Source of the DNA: Dendrobates tinctorius
Taxonomy: Eukaryota
NCBI RefSeq assembly: GCF_039654945.1
Contig: NW_027361771.1
Coordinates: 40,114,001-40,178,000, forward strand
Reading direction: 5' to 3'
Length of the DNA: 64,000 nucleotides
Made by a program: the position numbers and the translations under genes. Shown here one piece after another: positions 25,995 through 39,200 of this stretch. The notes below the pieces were generated by a model, which saw nothing but the letters and a program-made list of their open reading frames with translations, did not search any database and was not told the DNA's origin. The first letter of the stretch is position 1. Every line of letters begins with the position of its first letter.

Positions 25995-28199
25995 AAGGGG
26001 GGTACCCTGGGTAAACAGAGCGTCCAAGATAGTCACAACTGATGCCACCTGGACACCCTGTGGCATCAGAATGCCTGGTCTCAGGAAGAAAGAAGCCTGT
26101 TGTCGAACGTCTGGGAGCTCCTAGCTGTCAAGAGGGCATTGAAGGGACTGTTACCATATCTACAGGGACATATGAGGGTTTTGTCGGACAATCAAGCTGC
26201 AGTAGCCTACATTAATCGCCAAGGGGGCACTCGTTCTCGTCCGCTAATGGAGGTAACAAAGAATTCTGGCACTTGCAGAAAGACCTTTCCTTTCATTATT
26301 GGCCCTGCATATCCGTGGAAAAGACTATTTGAAAGCAGACTTCCTAAGTCGCAACCAGCTAAGAGGGAGAATGGTCCCTAAAAAGATCAGTGTTCAACCA
26401 GATTATGGACACGTGATGTTGCCCCCAGATAGACCTATTTGCCTCAAGGGACAACAGGAGGGTCCAGAAATGATGTTCCTTAAGCCCAGCAGACAGACCG
26501 TATGCAGTAGATGTCTTCAAGATAGTGGTCACCAGGACTCCTCTATGCCTTCCCTACAATTTGCCTCATACCTTCAGTCGTAAGGAAAATCAGAGAGGAC
26601 AGGGCCAGAATAATCATAATAGCTCCGTTTTGGCCAAAGAGGCCTTGGTTCTACTGGCTGAGGGCAATGTCGGTGACGGATCTGTGTGTCCTCCCGGAGG
26701 ACCAAGATCTCTTGTCACAGGAGCCCTTCTTTCATCCTCAGATGTCCGGGCTGCATTTAACAGCCTGGAATTTGAGAGGGCACTTCTAGAAAGGAAGGGT
26801 TTCTCAGCAAGGTTAATCCTCCACTCTGCAGTGCTCAGTAGCAGAAAGCCAGTAACCACTAGAATTTATGGGAAGATCTGGAAAAAAATGTTATCCTTCT
26901 CAGGACTGGTACGGGAGAGAGAGTTCCCGTTAGTGGCCATACTTGAGTTTCTACAGAAAGGGCTAGAGCTCGGCTTAGCAGTTAGTACCCTTAAAGTGCA
27001 GATTTCAGCCCTTGGGGAGCGTTATATAATTGTGACCTGGCAAATGATAGATGGGTGGCCAGATTCATTAGGGCCTGTAATAGAGCTACCTCTGTTCCAT
27101 CTCCTACGCCTCCTCCATGGGATCTGTATTTGGTGTTATCATTGGCAGAGAGTCCCTTTGAGCCATTAGACTCCATTTCAGAAAGAGTGATTTACATTGA
27201 AAACAGCCTTATTGGTTGCACTCACTTCAGCCCATAGGGTAGGTGATTTTACAGGCATTGTGAGCAGACCCTCCCTATACACAGGTCATGAAGGATAGGA
27301 TAGTGTTGAGATTAGACCCGGATTACCTCCCCAAGGTGGTGTCAAAGTTCCACAGAACTCAGGAAATGGTCCTACCATCATTCTGCCCTAATCCGAGAAA
27401 CCAGAAAGAGGAAAGACTGCATTCCCTAGATGTTAGGAGGTGTCTTCTATGTTATTTAAAGATAACAGAACCCTGGAGTAAGCAGGGAGCCCTGTTTGTG
27501 TCCTTTCAGGGGTCGAGGAAAGGCCTTAAAGTGTCCAAACGGACTTATAGCTAGGTGGGTGAGAGACACCATAAAGATAGCTTATGTTAGTGCAGGCATA
27601 GCTATTCCTGAAGGTCTGAAAACCCATTCCACGACAGCCATGGTGACATCCTGATCATAGAGAGCAAATGCCTCCATCGACCAAATTTGTAAGGCAGCTA
27701 CTAGGTCCTCTCCTTCTACTTTCTTCAGACACTATAGATTAGATCTGTCTGCTTCCTCTGACCTCACATTCGGGAGAAGAGTGCTACAGGCTGTGGTACC
27801 TCCCTAAAACTACATATCTCTGTAATTCTCTCGTGGTGCCGTCATGGGTGACTGAAAAGCACGGGGTATTACTTACCTGGTAATGTGTTTTTTCGTAACC
27901 CATGACGGCACCCTTATTTTCCTTCCCTATTTTATAGATCACCTTTTTATTCTGTGCATCGTCATAATCAGACACACCCTTGGGGGGTTGGTAGATAGAA
28001 TTCTAATGTATAAATGAATGTATTATTTTGAGTGGACACTAATCCGCGGAGTTCCTCTCATGCTCTCTAAAACAACTGATGCGGAGAGAGGAGCTGCCCT
28101 CTTTATCTTGAAGGTTTCCTGTACTTGAATGGCGGATCTCTTGTGGTGCCGTCATGGGTTACGAAAAAACACATTACCAGGTATGTAATACCCATGTTT
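25995..28199 (+). mobile_element. DIRS1-type copy 2, 5'-truncated (RNase H, MT, YR, ICR, right ITR)
   Basis: TTDA, SDN...AYINRQGGTRS, APFWPKRPW and YR LPKVV/SLDVRR motifs. ICR ~27830-27912. Right ITR to ~28199. Confidence 0.9.
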
Positions 28200-28738
28200 T
28201 TGAACTCTTCCTGAGTTAAAACATTAGTAATGTTGTTTGTAAATGATCATGAACTTGTTTTCTTAGCATTATTTGAGGTCTGCAAGCACTGAATTTTTGT
28301 TATTTTGATAATTTCTCATTTTCTGAAAATAAAAAATTTAGTGATTGAAAATTCAAAGGCATGTCAGTTTATAGAATAAAAGAGCAATTTACATTTTACT
28401 GAAAAAAATATATACCTATAAAGAGAAAAATCAGACAAAATAAAAATTTTGCAGTGGTCTCTTAATTTTTGCTAGAGCTAGCTATAATATATTCAGTAAT
28501 TCCTTTGGCAGAAAAAGCCCTCGACACAGCTATGGCAGAGGAGAAATAAAAAGCTGCATGACTGTATGGCTCTTTGATGATAAAGTGGGGGGGCTGTAGG
28601 GAGGTAAAAGCCTAAAAATTGTCTGTGCCATTAAGGGGTTAGCTTTTTTTCCTGAATGCATTAAGTTGACTATCACTTTCTTATTGTAAGTTCTAATGCT
28701 GACTGCTTGCTCTTTTCTCATGTTTTCTACCCATATAG

Positions 28739-28978
28739 AAGACTGTTGCCTTCATTTCCATTGTGGTCAACCTTGGTGTGTCTATTGGTGGCATGGTCGT
28801 GGCAGTTAGTGATATACCCCGTTTAAACTGGTATAGAAACGAACAAGTCTGCGACAATCTGCTTAAGGCATCTAATGACTACTACTACAGAACAACACAG
28901 CCTCCAAGATACTACAATAGATACGAGTCGTATAACTATGATTTGCGCACATGCAAAGATGCATTCCAAAATTTGAAG
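28739..28978 (+). CDS. TMEM176: TMEM176-like exon 4: TM3 plus Tyr-rich luminal loop bracketed by two Cys
   Basis: Open 240 nt (KTVAFISIVVNLGVSIGGMVV...VCDNLL...RTCKDAFQNLK). Ends at a non-canonical GC donor, AAG|gcaagt. Confidence 0.82.
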
Positions 28979-30598
28979 GCAAGTGCTTGTTTTTGGTTAA
29001 TACTTCTGATATTCACAAGAGAGCTGCTGTAATATATCTGCTTGGAAATGTCAAAAAATGTTTACCGTATATACTCTACTATAAGCCGAGATTTTCAGCC
29101 CATTTTCTCTAGCAGCCTTCCACGACAGCATAGGAGGTTATCTCCACGCCCTAATGGGGGACAGGAAGCACAAGAGGTTAAAAGGTCCCTCCCACCTCCC
29201 TCTCACCTGTGTCTTTCCTGTCCCCCATGGGGCATGGAGAGGTTATCGGTTTGCTGTGTGGCCGGCTGCGGCAGCGTACCTGGATGATCTGGCCAGGCAG
29301 TGGTGGTCGGCGGCGCTGCCTCCCCTCCTCCGGACTGCTCCCGTCTTCTTCGGAACTCGGGACCTTCCTGGCCCACCCGCGCTCCCCTAGAGGGAGTAAA
29401 GCAGGCCAATGATCCCCGACCGGAGGCCTCCCACAGCCCTCCGGTCTCTCCTCCTCCTCCTGCTGCGCTGTCGGCGACCTGGAAGTGATGCCATGGCGGC
29501 CCCTGTTCTGCTGATAGCGCATGGCGCTCGCCAGCCGTGCTGTGCCTGCCCCAGGACCCAAAGGAGGGGGAGAAACAGAGAACCAGCGCTGAGGGCGGGG
29601 TTAACCCTTTATTAACCCGCCGGAAGAAGCCGACAGGTAAGGTAAATCCCCTGTCAGCATGGACGGTTCTGCCTGCCTGCATCTGCAGAGCCCAGCGCTG
29701 CCCCAGCCAGTGTAAGTGTTACTTGGGGTGGGTCCCTAGTGGTGCGATCCGGGTATAGAGGTCCTCAAAATACTTCCCCCCCCCCCCCCCTTTTATAGGG
29801 AGAAAAGTCTGCCCACAAAAGCACCAATACCACCAGCGAACCAGCTAAATGTCCCATATGTAGCGCAAAACTCCCCTCAAATTGGAGGAAAAAATTGTGT
29901 CAGACATGCACGGACGGGGTAGTCAGGTCTGAGCACCCGTCATTGATTGACGAAATCCGCAGCCTGGTCACTCAACAGGTTCAGACCTCTCGGGCTGCCC
30001 TGCCCCCTCCACCACTCCCTCTGACTGTGGGCTCACCTTCCCCAAAGAAGCGGAAAATTCAGATAGAGGATTCGGAGTCCAAGTCAGAACATTCCTTCAA
30101 CTCAGGTTCTGAAAATTGGGAACAACCAGGGACCTCTAAATCAGCTGAAAATAGGAGATACCGCTTTTCCGCGGAATATGTGGAGGAGTTGGTCAGTGTG
30201 GTACGTGCCACCATAGGACTAGAGGATGAACCAGTCCCTCAATCAGCACAGGACCGAATGTTTGGGTTCCCAGTACATGGGAGCATAGTAGATATGATCT
30301 CCCAGGAATGGGAATACCCAGAAGCGCTATTCAGCTCCTTCGGAACTCGCGCATAGATTCCCCCTGGAGGGAGAGGCATTTAAATGGGACATCCTGAAAG
30401 TTGATGTTCAGGTGGCAAAGGTAGTGAAGAATACGGTCCTTCCATTTGATGATGTATCCCAGCTTAGAGACCCGATGGACCGTAAAGCAGAGAGTCTCCT
30501 AAGGAAAGCCTGGGAAACCTCTGCCTTAAAATCAGGAATTGCTTCCACATGTGTGTCCAGGTCCCTCTTCCAATGGATACAGGAGCTAGAGAATCATA

Positions 30599-33500
30599 TT
30601 TTACTCTTCGCCACAACAGCACCCACTTGGAGAGAGGGATCCGCCCATAGGAACAGGAAACCTACAGAGATAAGAGGGCGGTCCACCTCTCTTCAGTTGG
30701 TTTCCTGTTCCTACGGGAACCACAGGATTCGCTACATACAGTCTTACCTCGGTCAAGGAACCGCCTGTGCAGTATCTGCGGGAACGGCAGGGGTTCCGGT
30801 CTGGAAGCAGCCACGGGGGAGTGCTGGCATCCGGCTCCCTCCTTATCTGATACAGCAGCGCGAGCAGAAATGCCGGTGCCGGGTGAAGCCGACCGGGGGT
30901 TCCCCTGCAGAGTTACACGCCACCGGGATTGCGGGAGGATCCATCTCGGTCCGTGTAGGAGCGCAGGAACGGGAGGTGAGGACGGTGACCTCCGGTGTCC
31001 CCAAGGCTTCAGCGTCCAGGAGGACGCACATGCAGCGCCGACAGGAAGGGGTAAGGAGGAACTTCCGGGTTACCGGAGGTTCCTCAGCTCAGGGCGCACA
31101 CGCGGCTGCAGGGGAGATTTCGCGAGCGCAGAGGCATGTAGAAGCGCTCCCCGCCCCCTCCAAAGGAAAAAAAAAAAAAAAAGGGAGACTATTTAATGTG
31201 CAGAGCGCCGGCGGTGGTATTCTGGGCCGGGCGCATACTAATTAGCCGCAAGCAGGCGCACCTGGAGGGGGAGGTGTCAATCTAAGGAAGGGGCTTACAA
31301 AAGGCCGGGGGTGATATGGGTATGGCGCAATATAGCGGCAGCCAAGGATCACTCACGCCGAGGTTCCTCGGATAGAAGCCACGCCAACAAGCCTCCTTCT
31401 CAGCCTCCTGAACCGGTACCTACAGCTTCTCTGGGTGAGTGGATGACTCTCTGCCTATCAAGCTGATATATATCTCTTTCTCTCTCTCTCCCCCTCTCCC
31501 TCGCTACGTCTCCACCTCAGGCTAAGAGAAAGTAAAAATCAAAAAATGTGTCCTTTGTACACGCCCCCTACCAGACTTGTACACAAAAAGGCTGTGCAAA
31601 AAATGCATTAATGAAACAGCAAAGCAGGCGTCAACATCAGCCACAGACATAAGGGCTATAATAAGAGAAGAATTACAGGCCCTAACCCAGTCCAGCATAC
31701 CTATAAATACTAAGGCTAACAAGCCAACTACGGTTAGCATAGAGACTGATGAGGACGAAGTGATACTGATACTTCCAATGCATCCACATCATCATCTTCC
31801 TCAGATATGGAGGGGCGTTCGTGTTTTCCTCTAGATAACATAGACAACTTGGTGAAATCCGTGAGGAACACCATGGGGTGCACAGAGGCAAAAGAGCTGC
31901 AAACGACACAAGAAACTGTTTGCGGGGCTAACAGGAAAAGGAGAGTTTTTCCTGTTATACCAGCTATAAAAGCTCTGGTTAAGAAGGAATGGGAGAAGCA
32001 GGACCAGAGAGGTTATCTTCCCTCGGCCTCAAAAAGAAGGTACCCCTTCAGCGACGAAGGACTGTCCTCATGGTCTAAGGTCCCGAAAGTGGACGCAGCA
32101 GTCGCCTCCGCCTCCAAGCGATTGGCCTTACCAGTGGAGGACGCAGGGGTTCTAAAAGACCCACTTGACCAAAAAGCTGATGGCTCATTAAAAAGGGCAT
32201 GGGAGGCGGCTACCGGCACGTTTAAACCGGCAATAGCTAGTACTTGCACAGCTCGTTCTATGCTGGTCTGGATTGATCAACTAGACCAGCAGATAGACCA
32301 AAAGATCTCCAGAGACAAGCTACGAGCCGCTATACCACTGATCCGTGGCGCAGCGGCATATATAGCAGATGCTTCGGCGGATTCATTACGCATGGCAGCC
32401 AGAACAGCACGCTTAGTTAATAACGCCAGACGCAGCCTATGGCTTAAAAGCTGGAGAAGTGACACCCAATCCAAGGCAAAGCTTTGTGCCATTCCTTGCG
32501 AGGGTGAGTTCTTGTTTGGAAAAGCCTTAGATGAAATCTTAACTAAGGCAAAGGAAAGGGGAAAAAAGGGTTCCCTAACCCCTCTCTCCCATTTTATGGG
32601 TTTAGGAGACGACCATTTGGTAGAAGGAGACCAGCAGAAAATCAAAATCGCTGGGCCACGAAGGAAGAAAAAGGCAAAGGTGCCATGTTTGGAGGATCCT
32701 CCTTCCGCAGGGACAAGAGCAAAGGAGCCAGACCCTCCAGAAGGAGGGAGACTAAAAAATTTTCTTCAGGAATGGGAGAAGGTTACAGCCAACCCTTGGG
32801 TTCTGGGCATTGTTAGAGAAGGGTTAAAGATAGAGTTCCATCACGTACCCCGTAACTCAGTTATCATAACATCTTTCTGCTCACAAATCCAACAGCGGGC
32901 CCTGGAGGCTGAGATTTTGAGTGTGTTGGACAAAAAAGTTTTGGTCCATGTGCCTAAAGGGCAGGAAGGGAGAGTATTTTATTCCCCTCCCTTCCTGATA
33001 CCTAAGCCTGATACCTAAGTTGTCTGGCGTGGCACGTCGTGGTACAGGCCGTATTTCAGAAAATACCATCTTGGATGTCCTTGCTTGAAGCCTAATTCCC
33101 TGAAATCATTAAGGACCTTTCACCTACCTCTAACTTTGTCAGTTGTGCCAATGTGCACCGTGATCGCTGGATCCTCACCAGCCCCTCCCAGCAATCTGTC
33201 AACCTGATCAGCAATGTGTCTGACTTGAGCGCCAGAGTTACAAAGATTGAATCTGGATGACTGTATCAGAGGATCAGAAGAGGAGGGAGGAAGCACAACC
33301 GTGGACAAAAAAAAAAAAAAAACGTTTGAAAGCACGAACCTACCCTCAGAGACCTGCAGCCACCAAGAAAAAGGACTAGAACTAGTGCGAAACGCTTAGG
33401 AAGGAATAAAGAAATAAAGAAGTACTTTGTTGCAACATCTTGCATCTCAGATAATTTTGTGGACTCAGCAGCGCGGACTGTGGCACACCTTGCTTCCCAT

Positions 33501-36230
33501 ATTCTCTGGCAGTTTTTCCACATTGGAGTGGTCGGTGGAGGTCCTGCAGCAGCTGATACTGTGTTAAGTTTTCAAGCCAGTTGTGGGTCACACAACTGGA
33601 ATAGGTGAGTGGAATTGCAATACACCACTCGCATTGTAGTGTCACTAGTGATAGGGCACTATTGCTCCTCTTGTTCCCCCACCCTTTTTGTATTGATACA
33701 GTAAAGGGCAGGAAAGGGGAGAGTATTTTATTTCCCTCTCTTCCTGATACCTAAGCCAGATGGCTCACTCAGGACAATAATCAACCTGAGGAAGCTAAAT
33801 TCATTTATAATAAACCATAAATTTAAGATGGAATCCATAAGATCTACGATTAAGCTCCTCTTCCCCAATTGTATGATGGCAGGTTTGGATCTGAAATATG
33901 CTTATCTTCCCATCCATTACAGATATCAGAAATACCTCAGAGTGGCGGTATTCCTCGATGGCACCATACAACATCTCCAATTCACAGCCATGCCATTCGG
34001 CCTTTCCATCACACCGCGAGTCTTAACAAAGGTGATGCTGGAGGTGATGGCTTTTTTACGCCAAAAGGACACACTGATAGTACCCTATCTGGATGACTTT
34101 TTGATAATAGGAAACTCAACTCGGCAATGTAATAAACGAGTTGCTGATGCAATCTTATCCCTACAGGCTCTAGGTTGGATAATAAACTTCAAGAAGTCCA
34201 CAATCGAGCCGCAATCCGTTCAGTCCTTCCTTGGTCTCCAACTAGACTCCATAAATCGAAAATGTCTGCCACAGGTAAAAATTTCAGTGATTTAAAATAA
34301 AGGTCAGGTCAGCAATAGACAGGCCACACATATCCTTAAGGGATGCAATGTCCCTCCTGGGGTCCCTGACTTCCTGCATTCCGGCAGTTCGATGGGCACA
34401 GTTCTACATGAGGTAATTACAGCATCAAATTCTCTTACAAGAGACCCATGACCGTGGGAATTTGACAAAGAAAATTACCTTATCCCAGACGGTCCTAACC
34501 TCCCTAGCATGGTGGCTAGAGGATGATAATTTATCGGGGGGAGTACCATGGGTGATAACACCCTCCCATATAATTACTACTGATGCCAGCCCCACAGGAT
34601 GGGGGGCTCATATGGGAGGCACCTTCACAAAGGGCCTATGGGATATAAGTGAAGATCAGGATTCTTCAAACTTGAAAGAGCTAAAGGCGATTAGTCACGC
34701 ATTATATCATTTTCTTCCACAGTTACGAGGGGAAAACGGGAGAACCCTTTCAGACAACACCACAGTGGTCGCATATATGAACAGGCAAGGCGGGACTCGA
34801 TCAGTCGCCTTAATGTCTTCCGCAAGAAAGATCTTGTCCTTAGCCGAAAAACACTTTTTGTCTCTCTCGGCTCTCCATATAAGAGGGAGAGACAATTCGG
34901 AAGCAGACTTTCTAAGCCGCCATACTCTACGGCAAGGAGAGTGGTGCCTGAGCCAGCAGATATTCACACACATCGTGTCACTATGGCGTCTTCCCCAGAT
35001 AGATCTCTTCGCCACCAGGAAAAACAGGCAGGTGCGAAGATTCGCCTCTTTGAACGTGACAGTCTGGAAATTCTGGATGCCCTCCAAGCCCCATGGCGGT
35101 TCAAACTAGCATATGCATTTCCCCCTATCATACTATTGCCGCAGGTGATCAGGAAGATCAGGGCAGAAAAGGCACGAATAATCTTGATAGCGCCATTCTG
35201 ACCCAGGAGGCCATGGTTTTCTTGCCTCCAGACAATGACAGACCCTTGGGTACTTCCTTCAATCCTCAAGCTCCTCTCGCAGGGGCCATTCTTCCATCCT
35301 CAAGTGGACAACCTCCACTTGACGGTTTGGAACTTGAAAGGGAAATGTTGATGGCAAGAGGATTCACGGAAGGGTTAGTCAATACTCTCCTACAGAGTCG
35401 AAAATTAACAACGACAAAAATTTACACCAGGATATGGAGGAAAATCCTAGAGTTCCACACAGCTCCCGACTCTAGAGAAATTCCGATAACATTGATCCTA
35501 GAGTTTCTACTAAAAGGGAAAGAGTTGGCACTACCTGTTAACACACTGAAAGTCCAGGTGTCTGCTCTAGGAGCCCTCTATAGTTATAATGTGGCAGGCA
35601 ATAGATGGGTAGCCAGATTCATCTCGGCCTGTGAGCGGAGCGAACCGGTACACATACCTAGAGTTCCTCCTTGGGACTTGAATCTCGTACTAGAGGCCCT
35701 TACACGTTCCCCCTTTTGAGCCATTAGACTCGATATCCTTTAAACACCTATCTCTCAAGACAGTACTACTATTTGCACTAACCTCAGCTAGAAGAGTTAG
35801 CGACATACAAGCACTCTCAATAGAACCCCCTTTTCTATTGACATTCCAGGATCATCTAATATTAAAACCAGACCCCTCATACCTACCAAAAGTAGCAGGG
35901 AAGTTTCATAGGTCACGAGATTCACCTCCCCTCACTTTTTAGTAACCCTTCTACTCCAGAAGAAAAGTTTCATACACTAGACGTTAGAAGAGCAGTATTA
36001 CAATACATCGAGAGGTCTAGCAGCTGGAGGAAGAGTAGGGCTCTATTTCCTTTCAGGGCCAAAAGAAGGGATATGAGGTCACAAGGGGTACCCTGTCTCG
36101 ATGGATCAGAGACGCGATCAGTCTGGCATACTCCATGAGCAATGAAAATCCTCCGGATGGTATCGGCACATTCCGCCAGAGCTATAGCTTCATCATGGGC
36201 AGAGAGGGGAGACGTCGCAATAGTCTATAT
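30599..36230 (+). mobile_element. DIRS1-type copy 3b, nested in the gag of 3a and 3'-truncated
   Basis: A new left terminus, ttttactcttcgccacaacagcac, interrupts the 3a gag at WIQELENHI. Own gag ~31520-32730, RT YLDDFL, RNase H TTDAS, MT DLFAT/YAFPP. YR ends before its C-terminal Tyr. Confidence 0.88.
33019..33260 (-). mobile_element. CR1 ORF1 esterase-like fragment within the RT of DIRS 3b
   Basis: GAQVRHIADQVDRLLGGAGEDPAITVHIGTTD matches the CR1 ORF1 SGNH-esterase block VHxGTND. Confidence 0.75.
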
Positions 36231-39200
36231 ATAATGCTGCAACTTGGTCAACTTCCTGAGCAGAAGATGTATCCAGCCTGGCGAGTGGAGTCTGAATGGA
36301 AGAATCTTTCAGAAGCTGGTGAACAGGTGGGGTCTTCCGGAGGTGGATCTCCTAGCATCGAGCAAAAATACTCAAGTAGGAAATTGCTTCTCCCTGAACC
36401 CCAGGGACAAATCCTTGGGCGTAGACGCCTTTGCCCACAAGTGGGTGTTTCATCTAGCGTACGCCTTCCCGCCAATTCCAATCCTTGCCGCAACCCTGAG
36501 GAAGATCCGAGAAGATCAAACCCAGACCATCCTGGTAGCTCCGCTATGGCCGAAGAGGAGCTGGTATTCTCTAATTACAGTGCTCCAGGTAGACGGGCTG
36601 TTCCTCCTACCCCTGGAGGATGACCTCCTCCTGCAGGGCCCTCTACATCACCCAAACCTTCGGGGAATGAAGCTAGTGGCCTGGTTACTGAGACCCAGAT
36701 CTTGAAGGCCAGGGGTCTATCAGAGGCCGTAATAGAAACCCTTCAGAAATCTCGGAAACCTGGCACCAATGCTATATAAAACAAAATATGGAAAAAAAAT
36801 TTCCTCATGGTGTCTGCCAAATTTGCCTGACCCAGAAAACCCTACCATCTCCTGTATCCTGGATTTCTTACAGAGGGTGCTTAAGCTAGGTTTAAAGCCT
36901 AGCACACTGAAGGTACAGGTATCGGCCTTAAGCTCTGTTTGACCGTGACTTGGCCAGCCACAGATGGATAAAAAGATTCATGACGACAGCCACTAGGTTA
37001 CATCCAAAAAAACAAGTAGTCATTCCACCATGGGACTTGAATGTGGTGCTTAAAGGGCTCACTCAACCACCCTTTGAGCCCTTAGCATCTTGTACTTCTC
37101 AGCTCCTCTCCTGTAAAGCAGCCTTCCTTATAGCAATAACTTCAGCAAGGTGTGTAGGAGAGCTCCAGGTTCTTTCTATTAGGGAGCCCTACCTAACCAT
37201 TAGGGACGATTCCATAGTTCTCTCCCTCGATCCATCTTTTCTACCAAAGGTTGTGTCTGACATCCATAGGTCGCAGAATATAATTCTTCCCTCGTTTTGT
37301 CAAAACCCAGCGAACCCTAAAGAGGTGTTTCATACGCTGGACGTAAGACGCATAATTCTTCACTATTTAGAGTATACCGAACCCTACAGAATCGACCACA
37401 ACCTATTCATCTTAATTGTAAAGTGCTGCGGAATATGTTGGCGCTATATAAATAAAAATTATTATTTATTATTATTCATCCATGTGTCCAGTCCAAACAA
37501 AGGGAAGAAGGTGGCAAAGAATACTATTGCCAATTGGATTAAAAAAAGCCATCTCTGAGGCATACCTAGCGCAGAACATCACACCCCCTACAGGGATCAA
37601 GGCGAATTCAACACGATCTACCTCTACCTCATGGGCTGAGAGGGCAGGCGCATCATCAGAGCAGATTTGTAGGGCAGCAACTTGGTCCTCCTTGCATATC
37701 TTTTACTACCTTTACTAAACATTACAGGTTGGACCATGTGTCCAACAGGGATTTAGTCTTTGGCCGAAAGGTTCTTCAGGCCGTTGTATCCCTCCCCCCC
37801 CCCCCCCCCCCCCCAAGTCACTGATGAGAGGGAGGTTGGAGGGACCTTTTAACCTCTCGTGCTTCCTGTCCCCCATTAGGGCGTGGAGACAACCTCCTAT
37901 GCTGTCGTAGAAGGTTTCTAGACACCGAATTACCGGTGAGTCAAACTCTATTTTTTTGGGGCTGAAAGTCCCTCTCAGGTTATATTCAAGTCATATACAC
38001 CAGGGGGTCGGAGGGGAGAGCGGGGGTGTCAGGTCATACTTGCCCGTCCTGGCACGGTCTCTGCAAGCCCCCAGCTTCTCCGCGATCTCCCTTCCTTCAG
38101 CGGTCACATGGTACCGCTCATTAAAACTCATAAATATGCACATATTCATGCGTTTAATGAGTGGTACCACGTTACCGCTGAAGGGAGATCGCGGAGAAGC
38201 TAGGGGCTGCAGAGACCGTGCCAGGACGGGTAAGTATAGCGATACTCACCTGTCTGGGGTCCATCGCTGCTTGCTGCTCTCTGGCACGTTATCTGTCAGT
38301 GACGTTCAGACAGCAGAGGGCACGGTGACGTGGTTAGTGCGCGCCGCGACCCCTGCAGTCTGAACATCACCGACAGATGACGTGCCAGACAGCAGCAATC
38401 AGCGATGGACCGGGGTACAGGTGAATATCTCAGGTGCCAGCAGTGACACCGGCACCTGGCCCCAGCGACGGAGAGGTGAGTGTGTCATAATTTTTTTTTT
38501 TTTTTTATTTATTATTTTTTTTTTTTTTAAATGCGGCAGCACATGGGGGCAGCATATGGGGCATATTCTATGGAACATTTTATGGAGCAGCATATGGGGC
38601 ATATTCTATGGAGCATCTTATGGGGGCATTATTAACCTTTTGTACAGCATTATATGGGGTGTATTTTGTATGGAGCATCTTATGGGGCCCATCATGAACT
38701 GTATGGAGCATTATATGGGACTCCTGATTCAATATGGATATTCAAAAACATTTAACCTACTGATGTCTCAATTAATTTTACTTTTATTGGTATCTATTTT
38801 TATTTTTGAAATTTACCAGTAGCTGCTGTATTTTCCACCCTAGGCTTATACTCAAGTCAATAAGTTTTCCCAGTTTTTTGTGGCAAAATTAGGGGGGGGG
38901 GTCGGCTTATACTCTAGTGTGTGTATATATGGTAATTAGTTTTGCTAAATATCAGTTTATAGTTATCTGAATTTCACACCCAATTAAGTAATAATTTTAT
39001 CGTATATCCTATTGATTTATGTGCTGTATTGCCAATATATTATGCAGTGCTGTTAAGAGTGATACTACTGTCATCTCGTACAAACGCATATAATTGGGCC
39101 AAATATATAGGAAGCCAATTAACAACATATTGGTGTGTTTTTACGTTGGGGAGCCCAAAGGAAACCCACACAAATACAAGAAAGTCTTTAAACTGTGTTA

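Larger units (their letters stand above)
25009..28480 (-). mobile_element. Decayed Tc1-family DNA transposon with long TIRs, interrupted by a Helitron end and DIRS copy 2
   Basis: TIR segments 25009-25060 and 25430-25630 mirror 28200-28475. Transposase C-terminus at ~25640-25990 on the minus strand (FQQDNA..H; [15 protein letters not shown]). Confidence 0.85.
29103..37953 (+). mobile_element. DIRS1-type copy 3a (outer): left ITR, gag to 30600, MT-YR 36245-37815, right ITR; RT/RNase H and ICR deleted
   Basis: Left ITR 29103-29205 is the reverse complement of ~37822-37920. gag Zn finger CPIC...CQTC. YR motif TSARCVGEL. Confidence 0.9.
29065..38932. mobile_element. pogo-like MITE (~1 kb) split by the DIRS 3a/3b insertion; pieces at 29065-29102 and ~37954-38932
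   Basis: TA-CCGTATATACTC...TATATATGG-TA termini. ttttcagccca|tttt|ggggctgaaa is reconstituted across the DIRS insertion. Confidence 0.8.

Noticed and set aside
30600-31245. C-terminal part of the 277-aa ORF as a novel fusion protein
   Set aside because: Chance read-through from the 3a gag into the GC-rich leader of nested DIRS 3b.
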